Below, in pieces: positions 41,224 through 52,494 of a stretch of 64,000 nucleotides of DNA. Both the position numbers and the translations under genes were made by a program. The notes under the pieces were generated by a model. It saw nothing but the letters and a program-made list of their open reading frames with translations. It was not told the origin of the DNA and searched no databases. The DNA is from Promethearchaeota archaeon (GTDB lineage: Archaea > Asgardarchaeota > Lokiarchaeia > Sigyniarchaeales > SOKP01). The first letter of the stretch is position 1. Every line of letters starts with the position of its first letter. Location of the stretch: NCBI GenBank assembly GCA_019057795.1, contig JAHLWS010000043.1, positions 1 through 64,000 of the forward strand, read 5' to 3'.

Positions 41224-41385
41224 TTACACATATACTTCTCTATTAAAAATATTATTGACTTTTCGAATTTGAGATATTTCGTTAAGAATTTGTTTATCTC
41301 TACAGTCGACACAAATATTTTTAATCTTAAGCCATCTTATTTGCCCACATTCGGGGCATTTAAACTTTTTAAAAACTATTTTCAT
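41224..41385 (-). CDS. small zinc-ribbon protein (53 aa, absent from track)
   Basis: CPECG...CVDC; GGTGA SD-like site upstream. Confidence 0.65.
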   Translation of the reverse strand: MKIVFKKFKCPECGQIRWLKIKNICVDCRDKQILNEISQIRKVNNIFNREVYV

Positions 41386-41399
41386 ATTAAATTTCACCT

Positions 41400-41582
41400 T
41401 TAAATTCTATTATATTTTAAGATTTTAACTACATCTAGATTAATCAGGTCAAGAATGTAATCAATAGATTTCTCAAGCGGTGTTTGTGATAAACCGCTTT
41501 TACGTCTTAAATTATCGTCTTTTTCTTCTTTAAAATCTATTAAAATCTCTTCTAACATTTTATTATTCATTATTTTCTTCAA
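41400..41582 (-). CDS. small hypothetical protein
   Basis: 60-aa ORF co-oriented with neighbours. Confidence 0.5.
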   Translation of the reverse strand: MKKIMNNKMLEEILIDFKEEKDDNLRRKSGLSQTPLEKSIDYILDLINLDVVKILKYNRI

Positions 41583-41751
41583 CTTAAATAAAATAAGGAT
41601 ATAATCAATTATAAGAGATTTCGACGTAGTATATAGATTCTATATAGATAAAAGATATAAGTTTAAATTAGAAAAAAGCGGATTTTGTAAAATTTTATGT
41701 TTGCCTATATATTCAATCGTTAAAAAAATACAGTTTTATTCTGTATCCAAT

Positions 41752-44706
41752 TTAGTTTATATCTAATTTCTCTTTTATGCGTTTAATCAGATCTTCTACG
41801 CTTAAATCTTTTTTTTCGATAAATCCTTGACCATAATCTTTTTTGCCACCACCCTTACCACCATAGTTAGAAACGATTTCCTGAACAAATTTTCCCATCT
41901 CGAAATCAATCTCTTCTAAAAGATTTTTCCCTATCATTCCCATTAGATTAATTCCTTTTTCGGTCTTATTGATGAAAAGAGTAACTAATTTCTCGGATTT
42001 CTGTAGAATTTTCACGCTTAAATTTTTAAGATCGGTTTGGGAAAGATTTTCAAAGGATTTAAGAATCATTTTAGAATTTTCAAATGAGAACGCTGAATTT
42101 ATAAGTTCTTCCACGTAACTTTCTTTTAATAAGTTTTCTACAGCTTGCAATTTGGTCTTAGCTTCATTCCATTCGTTAAATAACTTATTTACTTTTAACG
42201 GAATATCTTCTTTTTTTGTGTTAAGGATTTGAGCTAATTCCGTCAAGATGTCTCCTTCAAAGGTGTTGTTTGAATCTAAAGACATATCAATTTTTTTAAC
42301 CTTTCCCGTTTGTAAGGCTTTATTCATGTTTTTCCATTTGTTTAATAATTCATCTACTCTCCCAACGATCTTAGCTCGTGAAATTTTAAATAGCGATTCT
42401 AACTGGTTTAAAATTAGAGTTTCTTCTTGCTCAAGTTCTATTGTCGCATTTCCTGCTGTAAAGGTCAATCTCACTATGCCATCTTGAATCTTTTGGGATT
42501 TAGTTATTTTAATTCTTCCAGTTTCTGACGTATTATTTAAATGTGTTCCACCACAAGCTTCCACATCTACTCCTGGAATCTCTACGAGTCTAATATCCTT
42601 ACCGGGCACTGCACCCCCTTGGTATATCGTCATTCCATATTTTTGTTCCGCATCTGAGCGAGGCATAAAAGAAAGTTTAAGATCGATTGCTTGGTTTACT
42701 ATTTCATTTGCTTCTTTCTCTATTTCCTTTAACTTGTCATAGGGAAGTTTAGCAAAGTGAGTTATATCTAAATGAGATCTTTTAAGCGTTTTTTTCGCCC
42801 CTGCTTGATTAATATGTTCCCCTAATATATGACGGGCCGCAGCATTAACGATATGAGTTGCCGTATGGTGTTGCGAGAGTTGAGTCCTCCATTCTTTATC
42901 TATTTCGATCTTAACGGTATCTCCTTCTTTAAAACTAGGTTTTTCAGATAAAACATGAACGATATAGCTACCTTGCTTAAACACATTATCAAATTTTTGA
43001 CCATTAATGGTTCCAACATCATGTAACTGGCCTCCTGAAGTAGGATAAGCAACAGATTGATCAAGAATTACCATGTTATCAATAATTTTTAGGACTTTTG
43101 CGTTGTTTGAAGTATTAGTATAATCGTAATAGTAAAGAGACTCGGTCTCTGGAACACCGTTTAAATCTAACTCAATTCCTTTCTCTGTTGCGTGAATTTG
43201 TTCCACTTTTTCGTGCCTTTCTACTACTAAACTATAAAAATTATCGGGGATTTTTATGGTTCTACCGAACTTTTTCGCGGTTTCTTTAACCATTTCAGGG
43301 TTAATGCCTCTGGAATCGTATATCTCAATTAAAGTCGCTGTTGAAATATCTCCTTCAGAAAGTAATTTTTCTAAAATTTTGCTAGCTTTTCTTTTTGTTT
43401 TATAATATTTGTCTTTTTCTACGTTTAAAATTTCTCTAATTTCATCCAAACGCTCAGAAACTTCCGGAAATAACTCCTTTAATTCTTCCGCGTGCCATCT
43501 ACAAACATCAGCAATATTTATATCCCAATTATATTTTTCGATAAAAATTATAGCCCGTCTAAAAATTACTCTAAGATTATACCCGCCTCCTACGTTAGAA
43601 GGGAGTTTTCCGTCGTTTATAGCAAATAATAAACTTCTCGCATGGTCGGCAATTGAATAGATTGCAGTCATGGGCATGATCTTCTCTCTCAATTCCTTTA
43701 CTGAGATGTCTAAATCCTTAGCTATTCTCTCCCATGCTGCATCCATATCGTCTACTTCGTCGATATTTAAGTATGCGGAGTATTTTGAAAATTTATCGTA
43801 TAAATCAAAATCCAAATTTATTTTAGTTAGCTCCCTTAACTTTGATAAAACATATGGAAATATAGCTTCATACATGTTTGGAGTACCTTGTGAAAACCAC
43901 GCCACGCGCTCTTGACCAAGCCCCATATCTAAAACTTTTAGACTTAATTCTCGAGGTCCATCTGGAGATTGTTCGAACATTGTATAGACTTGATTGAATA
44001 ATTCTACGCCCCTACTAAAAAACTCAAGGCTACAACCAAAAGAACCTCCACCAGCCCAAGAATCTTCGTGAATCGTTATTTCTTCTTTTGAGAGTCCCAC
44101 ACCTATGGTTATAAAGTCGTGTATATCCATAAAAAGCTGTCCTTGATTCCATTCTTGAGGTGTGCCGAAAAAATGCTGTCCTATCATCACGAAACCCGTG
44201 TTGTGCGAACCAGTGATTCCTACATTCTCAATATCGTTAAATCGCAAGCAGAATTGAGGTATAATTAGTTTTTTCGCTGGAGGCTCAACTTCACCTGAGA
44301 TTACGTAAGGTTGGAACGCTGAGATTGATGCTATTGTAAATTCAGAAGTAGGGTTCCATCTCGCAACGCAAGGGTATCGCTTAATTGGTTTGTATCCTCT
44401 TGGCTCTAAAATTTCTACAATTTTATTCCATACGCCAATATAGGATAATTTATGCGTTAGTGGCTTTCCAGCAACTTGAAACCCACCAGAACAAGCAGGG
44501 TCGCCGCATACTTTTCGATCCTTAATGGTTGTCCAGAAATAAGCGCTACAACATTCGCAATGTTTTCTAATGTAACCTAAGTTCCTAAGTTCTTGCGTTG
44601 GAAAAAATTCATCGGGCTTCTTAGATGCAATCGTTTTAAATATCTTCTTTAGTTCTTTATCAGTACGAGCACTTTTTAGCTGTTTCTTCTCTTTATCGGA
44701 TAACAA
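41752..44706 (-). CDS. alaS: alanine--tRNA ligase (archaeal type)
   Basis: CLRFNDIENVG, DMGLGQER, DHARSL, HHTATH and EACGGTH editing motifs, GGKGGG. Confidence 0.97.
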   Translation of the reverse strand: MLSDKEKKQLKSARTDKELKKIFKTIASKKPDEFFPTQELRNLGYIRKHCECCSAYFWTTIKDRKVCGDPACSGGFQVAGKPLTHKLSYIGVWNKIVEILEPRGYKPIKRYPCVARWNPTSEFTIASISAFQPYVISGEVEPPAKKLIIPQFCLRFNDIENVGITGSHNTGFVMIGQHFFGTPQEWNQGQLFMDIHDFITIGVGLSKEEITIHEDSWAGGGSFGCSLEFFSRGVELFNQVYTMFEQSPDGPRELSLKVLDMGLGQERVAWFSQGTPNMYEAIFPYVLSKLRELTKINLDFDLYDKFSKYSAYLNIDEVDDMDAAWERIAKDLDISVKELREKIMPMTAIYSIADHARSLLFAINDGKLPSNVGGGYNLRVIFRRAIIFIEKYNWDINIADVCRWHAEELKELFPEVSERLDEIREILNVEKDKYYKTKRKASKILEKLLSEGDISTATLIEIYDSRGINPEMVKETAKKFGRTIKIPDNFYSLVVERHEKVEQIHATEKGIELDLNGVPETESLYYYDYTNTSNNAKVLKIIDNMVILDQSVAYPTSGGQLHDVGTINGQKFDNVFKQGSYIVHVLSEKPSFKEGDTVKIEIDKEWRTQLSQHHTATHIVNAAARHILGEHINQAGAKKTLKRSHLDITHFAKLPYDKLKEIEKEANEIVNQAIDLKLSFMPRSDAEQKYGMTIYQGGAVPGKDIRLVEIPGVDVEACGGTHLNNTSETGRIKITKSQKIQDGIVRLTFTAGNATIELEQEETLILNQLESLFKISRAKIVGRVDELLNKWKNMNKALQTGKVKKIDMSLDSNNTFEGDILTELAQILNTKKEDIPLKVNKLFNEWNEAKTKLQAVENLLKESYVEELINSAFSFENSKMILKSFENLSQTDLKNLSVKILQKSEKLVTLFINKTEKGINLMGMIGKNLLEEIDFEMGKFVQEIVSNYGGKGGGKKDYGQGFIEKKDLSVEDLIKRIKEKLDIN

Positions 44707-44967
44707 TTTTAATCAAAGGTTAGTTGTTGATGAAGATCTGATATCATTAAATAATACAATTAATGTTTTCCTAAAATCTTTTGCTCTAATTAAATAACAT
44801 CAAATTTGAAGAGTGTGATTTTAACATTTATGAAGCTAAAGTAAAACGATTTTGGAAATATTACTTTAGTTTATACAAAATTGTTAACCCTTTTATATTA
44901 TTAAATTATAATTAAACATACAAAACTTTTCCAATGTTTTGATAAATTAAAGAGGTGTAAATTCAAT

Positions 44968-45267
44968 ATGGTACATGTAATGGTTAAAGTTAAATATCCT
45001 TATCATAAAACTGAGGAATTTTTAAAATTTTATCTTTCAGGTAAAGCACCGAAATATCCCGATTACGTGAAGCGGGTACACCAATGGCTAGGACCAGGTT
45101 ATAACGTTAAAATCTATAATATTTATGAACTTCCTGAAGATAAACTATATGAAGGTATGAAAGGAATTGCTAAACGATTTTCTGCGTATGCTGCGTTTGA
45201 AGACTACAAATTCAAAATTGAACCGTTGGTAGAAGGATCAGAGGCAATAGAGTTGTATAAAAAATAA
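44968..45267 (+). CDS. hypothetical protein
   Basis: 99-aa ORF with GAGGTG SD. Confidence 0.75.
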   Translation: MVHVMVKVKYPYHKTEEFLKFYLSGKAPKYPDYVKRVHQWLGPGYNVKIYNIYELPEDKLYEGMKGIAKRFSAYAAFEDYKFKIEPLVEGSEAIELYKK

Positions 45268-45320
45268 TTTTTTTTATTATTTTATTAAATTTTAAAAATT
45301 AAAAACTTTTTTTTAATTAT

Positions 45321-45761
45321 TCATTTTAGTTCTAAATACTGAAGACGTGAGTACCCCTTTTTTATGAAGTCATAATCAAGGAGCTCGATTTTTTCTGGAA
45401 TTATTTTTAAGAGTAAATTTCTTTTTCCTCTGACCATTTTTTGAGCTTTTTCAAAATCATCATCCCCTTCTCTCAAAAAAATCAATCTCTCTTTCCCGGA
45501 AGCGGTAATTTGCATCCCTTGGATTTTGCCGGTATCCATAGGCGTATAGATTCCAATGCTCACAATTGGGTTTTCCTCGATATTTTTTACCTTCCTTCCC
45601 GGAGCAGGTCCCACATAAATATTAAAATCGTCAGATTTCTTATCCATATAAAAGTCCATTGGAGTCGCGCGAGGTACATTATCCGAACAAGTGCATAAAA
45701 CAATTATTTTTCTTTTTTCTAAAAAAGCCCGTATTTCCTTTTTTAGCTCTTCTTCAGGCAT
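45321..45761 (-). CDS. pyridoxamine 5'-phosphate oxidase-like FMN-binding protein
   Basis: LCTC...PRATPM...RKVKNIEENPIVS. Confidence 0.85.
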   Translation of the reverse strand: MPEEELKKEIRAFLEKRKIIVLCTCSDNVPRATPMDFYMDKKSDDFNIYVGPAPGRKVKNIEENPIVSIGIYTPMDTGKIQGMQITASGKERLIFLREGDDDFEKAQKMVRGKRNLLLKIIPEKIELLDYDFIKKGYSRLQYLELK

Positions 45762-45879
45762 TATTTTTCCAATAATAGATTCACCTTTTTCAATTGTTAT
45801 TTATTAGAAGTAAATCATAAAGAAAAGCTTAATGAGGAATAAAATTAGAATTTTATAACCTAATTTATAGAAAATAAAT

Positions 45880-47028
45880 TTAGAATTGGCTGAAGTTAGA
45901 GTGTGGAAATTCTGTACCATCGATTGCCGCTTGAACGTAAGGAGAGATTGGTCCTCGTCCTAAAGCCATAATCCTAATTTTTGAGCCTAACATTGGATTT
46001 ATGGAAGTCCCAAATTTGAGAGAAGCGTCTTCAGGAATTTCGCTTGAGACTGTCGAGATAATCTTATCTATTTGGGATAAAGATAGCTGGTGATCTCCCG
46101 AAACTGAAACTATACAATTATCGACTTTTTTAATATCTGGTTCTAAAAGGGGGTTGTGAAGCGCTAATCTTGCTTTTTTTATTAAATCGGCTTCGTCTCC
46201 TAAGGATTCTGTGATACCTATTAAACCAGAAGGGTATTGTCCTTTTTTTTGAATTACTTTTCTCACATCAGCGTAATCAATGTTGATCAAACCACAATTG
46301 TTTATTAAATTAATAATTTCGTTAATGCTTCTAATTAAAACCTCATCCATAATCTTAAAGCCGGTTAAAATGGGGAGCTTTTGATTGAAGCGTAGAAGAT
46401 TATCATTTGGGACAGGGATTAATGTATCAGAATATTTTAGAAGTTCTTCTAAACCTTTTTTTGCTCTTAGGCTTCGTTCTGCTCCTTCAGATGTAAAAGG
46501 CACCGAGCAAAACGATACAACCGTAGCGTTGTTCTTTTTTGCTTCCCTCGCAACTATAGGTGCTGCACCTGTACCCGTACCGCCTCCCAATCCAAACGTT
46601 AAAAAAATTACATCTGCGTTTAAAGCTTGCGAAAGTCGATGGACATCTTCTTCTGCAGCAATAGTTCCAATACTAGGGTCGTTGCCTGAACCCAATCCGT
46701 TACAAGTTTCCTTTCCGATTAGTAGTTTCTGATTAGAATTTGAATAATATAAATCGTGAGCATCTGTGTTAATATTTAAAGTTTCAATAAATTCAGAACC
46801 CATATCTTGCATTCTTGAAACTGTATTATTTCCTGCGCCACCAATTCCAACTACTATAGATTTTATCTTTAAAACTTTAAGTAAATCCAAAAGATATTTA
46901 TCGCTATCTAATCTGTTAGAATTTACATTTTGACGGGCAATTTCGTTAAATCTAGACCTTACTGATGTTCTTGATCTCGCTAAATCGCTTAAATCTAATT
47001 CATCATTATTCATAATTATCAACCACAA
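45880..47028 (-). CDS. ftsZ: cell division protein FtsZ
   Basis: GIGGAGNN, NTDA, GLGGGTGTGAAP, GLINIDYADV. Confidence 0.95.
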   Translation of the reverse strand: MWLIIMNNDELDLSDLARSRTSVRSRFNEIARQNVNSNRLDSDKYLLDLLKVLKIKSIVVGIGGAGNNTVSRMQDMGSEFIETLNINTDAHDLYYSNSNQKLLIGKETCNGLGSGNDPSIGTIAAEEDVHRLSQALNADVIFLTFGLGGGTGTGAAPIVAREAKKNNATVVSFCSVPFTSEGAERSLRAKKGLEELLKYSDTLIPVPNDNLLRFNQKLPILTGFKIMDEVLIRSINEIINLINNCGLINIDYADVRKVIQKKGQYPSGLIGITESLGDEADLIKKARLALHNPLLEPDIKKVDNCIVSVSGDHQLSLSQIDKIISTVSSEIPEDASLKFGTSINPMLGSKIRIMALGRGPISPYVQAAIDGTEFPHSNFSQF

Positions 47029-47497
47029 TTAGGAGCAATTTATAATATTGAGTATTATATCCAAATAATATAAGAAAGTAATATGCAAGTAATATTTAAA
47101 ATCGATTCGAATCTATTCTGTTTTGATATCACATCTATATTATTACTCTTCAAATATTACTGATATAACATTTGAGTAGTACAAAGAGAATATAATAAAA
47201 TTAAAGAAATGCTTGATGTTTATATTAATATTCCTCCCTTTTTTTTTCTCACAATTTTAATAATTTACGACAAATTTACAGGTTTATATATTACACCAAT
47301 TTCCATAACAGATTCTTAATTGTAAAATAAGAAAGAAGAAGAATTGTTTAAAAAATGATTAAAATTAAAAATTTGTATAATGCATCCTACAATTCAATCG
47401 AATTTCTACTTGTTCGTGTGAATAAAAGAACACATTTAAAAGTAAATAAATTTATAAGACTGAATTTTCATTCAATATATGTTCGGGGTTAAATAGT

Positions 47498-47737
47498 ATG
47501 GAAATTGAATTAAATAATAAAACAACTGATGGGACTTTCAATGATTCTGATAATGAGAATCTAATCAAGGTGAGAGCTATAATTAGTTGTCCATCTGGAG
47601 ATTATATAAAAAAGTTCAGAAATCAATTTCCTAGAAAAGATTTGGAGCTTATGGTGGTGGCTTTTAAGATATTCGATTTCATGACATGTACTAAATGTGG
47701 TGAGTTACTATCGCTGCGTTTAGAGTTTGAAATTTAG
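47498..47737 (+). CDS. small hypothetical, possible Zn ribbon
   Basis: CPSGD...CTKCG. Confidence 0.6.
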   Translation: MEIELNNKTTDGTFNDSDNENLIKVRAIISCPSGDYIKKFRNQFPRKDLELMVVAFKIFDFMTCTKCGELLSLRLEFEI

Positions 47738-47809
47738 CTAATATAATAAAACTTCTTGTATAACTCGTTCTAAAAATTAGCAGAAACTTAATTTTAGGTT
47801 TTAAAAAAA

Positions 47810-49150
47810 TTAGATATTAAGTTGAATTTGTCCGTAAGTCCCGCCACCCCCTGGTGTGTATTCAATTTTGTTCGCTCTTATTGCTTCAATGACAGACGCA
47901 ACCCCCTCATCAATTTTTATGATTTTTTCCAAAGGGATTTCTATTAACACCTCAAATTCGGTTCCAAGTTCATTTATTATTTTATTGTAAGTATTTAAAA
48001 CTGTCTTGCTATTCGTGCTTTTAATATGTTTAACAGATCTTATTATGTCAAATAAGGGTACGGCATTAATGTATGGCGGTCTATGGTTAGGGTATATTGG
48101 TTCTGGTGACGTAGAAATAACTTCAATCCTTTCACTTACACCTAATTTAATTTTGATGTTTTTATTGAACTTTTCCTTACAAGCGGGGCAAGTAACTTTT
48201 CCTTTAGCTATGCTGTTGATATATTCCTTTCTTGCTTTTATTGGGTCGTTTGCGAGAACTTTTACAAAATCTTCCGTTATTGAATATTGATTAAATAAAG
48301 AACTACCTTGCTTTTTTGTTTTTTTGAATATAATTCTTCTTCTACATTTATGGCAAAACATATTAAAGTATTTCCCTAATTTGGGATGAAGTCCTACATT
48401 TAATTCAATTTTACGTTGATTTTTTCTTTCAATTGCTAAAACTAATTCTTCAAAAGAGGGATTATCCATTTTGAATTTATTAAATTCTCTTCCTAAAGCG
48501 CGAGGTCCTTCAGAATGGGCATCACTATTGCTAAGAAAAGTTACATTTTTAAGGCAATCTAATCTATCAGCTAAATCTGTGTTGGCAGATAACCCTAATT
48601 CTACAAATTTGACTTTTTTTTCGGCATCTTGATAACAATCTTTAAGAGTCTTAAATTTGTTTTGACGAAAAATTGCTTTGAAGGGGGTAAAAGCGTGTGC
48701 GGGTCCGATAATTGCCCCCAAATCAGTGATTTTATCAACTAATTCAGCAGGAGTTAAGTTCACTCGCGGACGTCCCCCCCACTCATCTAAGAGATTTTTC
48801 GAATAGGGTTTGATTTTTTTTTGAACTTCCCTTACAGTTGAAAAGTCAGGGAAAAATACTACTTCGTGAACACTTTCAATATCTTCAATTTCAGTTTGTA
48901 AAATAAAGAATGTATCTTTATATGAGAATGATCCGTCATTATTCTTCTTTAAATTCTTTTCTAAATACTTCAACCAATCAGGTTGCAGCACATCTCCAGT
49001 TCCAAGGATATCGAGTCCTTTTTTTTTGCAAGTCTCAACCATGGTATCTAAATTTAGGTTTTTAGATACTGCTATTGAATGTGGAGAGTGGATATGTAAA
49101 TCTGCATTAAAATCATTAAAATCCATTAGATCCATATAAATTTTAATCAA
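47810..49150 (-). CDS. PHP-domain endonuclease Q family protein
   Basis: DLHIHS, GTGD, PAHAFTP, ELGLSA, SNSDAHS, LGREFN, PGGGGTYG. Confidence 0.88.
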   Translation of the reverse strand: MIKIYMDLMDFNDFNADLHIHSPHSIAVSKNLNLDTMVETCKKKGLDILGTGDVLQPDWLKYLEKNLKKNNDGSFSYKDTFFILQTEIEDIESVHEVVFFPDFSTVREVQKKIKPYSKNLLDEWGGRPRVNLTPAELVDKITDLGAIIGPAHAFTPFKAIFRQNKFKTLKDCYQDAEKKVKFVELGLSANTDLADRLDCLKNVTFLSNSDAHSEGPRALGREFNKFKMDNPSFEELVLAIERKNQRKIELNVGLHPKLGKYFNMFCHKCRRRIIFKKTKKQGSSLFNQYSITEDFVKVLANDPIKARKEYINSIAKGKVTCPACKEKFNKNIKIKLGVSERIEVISTSPEPIYPNHRPPYINAVPLFDIIRSVKHIKSTNSKTVLNTYNKIINELGTEFEVLIEIPLEKIIKIDEGVASVIEAIRANKIEYTPGGGGTYGQIQLNI

Positions 49151-49181
49151 ATAAAAAGTTTAATTCAAAAAGAATAAGCAA

Positions 49182-50330
49182 TTATTTATTTTCTAATTGC
49201 CATTTAAAACGCCTTTCATTCCATTCTTTAGCTTTATCGGGTTGCCCTAACTTCTGATAACAAAGAACCATAGATTCCCCAAAATCTAAATCAGAGGGAT
49301 CGAGCGAGATACTTTTTTTAAAATGTATTAAAGCCTTTTTATAATCATTCTTTACATCGCAATAAATTTGACCTAATTTCTTATGAGCATTAGCATTATC
49401 TGGATCGGATCTAAGAGTGTTTTGAAAATATATTATGGCATTATTAAAATCTTTTAAAGCGCTATAACTAATTGCTAAATTTTCATATAATATCGCATCT
49501 TCTGACTGTAGGTTCAAAGCTTGTTCATAACATTCTACCGATTCCTTGAAGTTATCATTAAAAGTGTGTGATAATCCTAAGTTATTCCAAGCTTCTACGA
49601 AATGAGGGTCGAGTTCTGTTGCCTTTTTGTAGCATTCGATTGCTAAATCGTAATCATTTTGTTCATAAACAACATCTCCTAAATCAAACCATAATTCGGC
49701 GTTAAACGGATCGAGATCAAGCGCTTTTTTATAGTACCTAATCGCCTCCTCATAATTTTGAATGCTATAATAAATAATAGCAAGATTATTGTACAATAAT
49801 GGTTCGTCGGGGTTAATGTTTAGAGCCTTTTCATAGCACTGTATCGCCTTATCGTATTGCTCGTTTTCTTTATAAATTAAAGCGATATTATTCCAAACAT
49901 CAGTGTATCCCGGATCATATTCTAAGGCTATTTTATAAAATTTTAACGCTTCGTCGTATTCTTCTAAGTCTTCGTGCGCAAATCCTAAGTTATAGTAAGC
50001 TATTGCATCATCGGGTTCTATTTCAATTGCTTTTTGGTAGCACTTTATTGCTTCTTTATACTGGCGCACCATACTAAATGAGAGCCCAAGATTATTCCAA
50101 ACTTCAGAAAAATAAGGATTAATTTCAATAGCTTTTTGGTATGACTCTATTGCATAATCGTACTTGTTTTCGTCGTAATAAGCATCTGCTAAATTAATCC
50201 ACGCATCAGCGTCGTTAGGATCTAATTCTGCTGACTTCTTATATCGCTCAATCATTTTATAAATCAGATATTTCTTAGAAAAAAAAAACGTTTCATTCCT
50301 ATTATTTTTTTGGAAAATTAAAAAGTTCAT
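49182..50330 (-). CDS. TPR-repeat protein
   Basis: Multiple 34-aa WNNLG...AIECY.KA repeats; true start probably MIERYKK. Confidence 0.92.
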   Translation of the reverse strand: MNFLIFQKNNRNETFFFSKKYLIYKMIERYKKSAELDPNDADAWINLADAYYDENKYDYAIESYQKAIEINPYFSEVWNNLGLSFSMVRQYKEAIKCYQKAIEIEPDDAIAYYNLGFAHEDLEEYDEALKFYKIALEYDPGYTDVWNNIALIYKENEQYDKAIQCYEKALNINPDEPLLYNNLAIIYYSIQNYEEAIRYYKKALDLDPFNAELWFDLGDVVYEQNDYDLAIECYKKATELDPHFVEAWNNLGLSHTFNDNFKESVECYEQALNLQSEDAILYENLAISYSALKDFNNAIIYFQNTLRSDPDNANAHKKLGQIYCDVKNDYKKALIHFKKSISLDPSDLDFGESMVLCYQKLGQPDKAKEWNERRFKWQLENK

Positions 50331-50336
50331 TAATTA

Positions 50337-51377
50337 CTATTTATTAATTATCATTTTATCTTGAATTTGATTGGTTAATAAAATTCTTAGGTAACTTTTA
50401 TCGTTTCTGAACTTTACTTCTTCTAATTTACCCGTAACTAACACATTTTCACCTTTGATTGCTTGCTCGCAAAATCTTCCTCTAAACGAATTAATTTCAT
50501 TAAGATTCTTTAAATTTATATTCTTTGGAATAATTTTGCTCTCTAAAACTTTTAAATGCTCTATTTTATAAGAACAAGGAGTAAAAATCGAATTGGTTGA
50601 ATCAGTAATTTTTGCTTTAATTTTTATTCTCCCTAAATTCTTGAATTTATAATCGTAATAAGTTCCATTCCAATCTTTAGGACTTTTAATATACCTTATA
50701 AAAAAATCAATTCCATGAAATTTTCCTTGGTGTAACTTCTTTTTTTCACTTTTCAGAAAATCCTTGAAGCTAATATCAGACCCTCCGACTCTCCATTTAT
50801 AGTGAGTTTTATATTCCTCTAAATTATACATTCTACAATTGTTTGAAGCCTGAAAAATATTTTTTAATTTATCTTGAAATTTTAAACTAACTTGAGTACC
50901 ATATATAACTATGTCAATATCTGAGCTTTTTTTATTTAATCCAATCATAGGGGACCCAGATATCCCAATAGAATTTTCCGGAATATCACCCTTATGTAAT
51001 AAAAGTTCACATAGATTTTTAGACTGAATTTCTGTTTCTGTTAATTCATTTTTATCTTTAAGCTTTTTAAAATAGGCTCTAGGAGTGTAAATTTGTTTTA
51101 TATCTTCTAATTTGACTCCTTGAAGTTCTAAACCAATATTTTTAGAAAAGAATAGATATTGAGGATATTGCTCTCTTAATTTTGAGTACCTCTCATCGAG
51201 CGAATATATTTTTTTAAATTTAATGTCATCCTTTATTCTATCTCCATTTTGATCAGGATAAAATCTTAAAAAACAAATCTTACGATCAGGGGGGTGATGA
51301 ATACCTTTTATATCAAAAAATAGATGGTCTTGTTTTGTTTCAAGGTAGTCTCCTTCAATTCCTTTTGGAATTTTCAT
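50337..51377 (-). CDS. predicted nucleotidyltransferase (archaeal)
   Basis: GISGS...SDIDIVIYG. Confidence 0.8.
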   Translation of the reverse strand: MKIPKGIEGDYLETKQDHLFFDIKGIHHPPDRKICFLRFYPDQNGDRIKDDIKFKKIYSLDERYSKLREQYPQYLFFSKNIGLELQGVKLEDIKQIYTPRAYFKKLKDKNELTETEIQSKNLCELLLHKGDIPENSIGISGSPMIGLNKKSSDIDIVIYGTQVSLKFQDKLKNIFQASNNCRMYNLEEYKTHYKWRVGGSDISFKDFLKSEKKKLHQGKFHGIDFFIRYIKSPKDWNGTYYDYKFKNLGRIKIKAKITDSTNSIFTPCSYKIEHLKVLESKIIPKNINLKNLNEINSFRGRFCEQAIKGENVLVTGKLEEVKFRNDKSYLRILLTNQIQDKMIINK

Positions 51378-51390
51378 AGGTATCCCAAAC

Positions 51391-52494
51391 TTAATATTTT
51401 GAAGGGGTTTTTGATTTGATTTTATATTTTGGAATCTCTTTTATTTTTCTTAACTCTTTTTCAAAATCTCGCTTTTCTCTAAGAAATCTCTCTTTATCAC
51501 TTTTTAATTTTTCTCTTTCTCTTCTAATTGCCTGTTTTTCATTCTGTATCATCGATTTTTCTTTTTCCAATTGTTTAGACTCATTTTTTAATTTTTTAAG
51601 CTTATTCTCTAAATTACGAATTTTATGTTCTAAAGAATAATAAGTATCTTCTGCTTTCGGAACTTTTCTATCTAATTCCTTTAATCTTGCTTCTTGCCCT
51701 TTTTTCTTTCTTCCTAATTCTCTTACATCACGATCTACTTTCTCTTTATACTTGTTCAATCCTTCTTTTTTTTTATCAACTTCACGAGATTGAAGATTTA
51801 ACTCTTTTTTTTTATATCGAACTTTTTCTTTTTCATCTTTTAATTTTCTTTTCTCATCCTCGATTCGATTTTTTTCATCTATTTTTTCTCTTCTCAAACT
51901 ATTGATTTCTTTGGTTAGATTATCTCTTTCTCTCGTTAAATTCTTAATTTCATTTCTCAAATCCATTAATGCGTTTTCCAACTTTTCATTAGTTCTTTCT
52001 AACGCAATTTCTCTCCGTTCCATACCTGGTATTTTAGTTTTAATTTCTTTAATTCTATCTTTTGCTCTTTCTTTTTCTTTTTCTAAATATTTATTCTCAC
52101 TCTTTATCTCATCTTTTAATCCTTGTAGTTTCTCTTGATATCGTTCTAAGTTAGCATTTTTTTGATCTAATTCCCTTTCTCTTAAAGCTATATTATCTCT
52201 ACTTTGCTTTATTTCATTTCTCATAGCGTCTAATTCATTTTTTAATTTTTCACGTTTATTTTGTAGGTTTCTCACTTGAAGTTCTTTTTCTTTTCTTTTC
52301 TTTTCTAAATCTTCAATATTTTCGTGGTATCCTTCAACTTTTTTAATAACCTGTTCCCATTCGTTTTTCTCTTTGTTCAATTTAGCTGTTTCTTCCTTAA
52401 TTTTTTTGAGTAATTTCGCATCTGGAATAACATCTAATTGCTCTTCAGGTGTTTTTTCTCGAATTTGGTATTTAGGAATGGGTTTATCATTCAT
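51391..52494 (-). CDS. long coiled-coil protein
   Basis: About 330 aa E/K/R heptads with matching IPKY-KTP motifs at both ends. Confidence 0.85.
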   Translation of the reverse strand: MNDKPIPKYQIREKTPEEQLDVIPDAKLLKKIKEETAKLNKEKNEWEQVIKKVEGYHENIEDLEKKRKEKELQVRNLQNKREKLKNELDAMRNEIKQSRDNIALRERELDQKNANLERYQEKLQGLKDEIKSENKYLEKEKERAKDRIKEIKTKIPGMERREIALERTNEKLENALMDLRNEIKNLTRERDNLTKEINSLRREKIDEKNRIEDEKRKLKDEKEKVRYKKKELNLQSREVDKKKEGLNKYKEKVDRDVRELGRKKKGQEARLKELDRKVPKAEDTYYSLEHKIRNLENKLKKLKNESKQLEKEKSMIQNEKQAIRREREKLKSDKERFLREKRDFEKELRKIKEIPKYKIKSKTPSKY

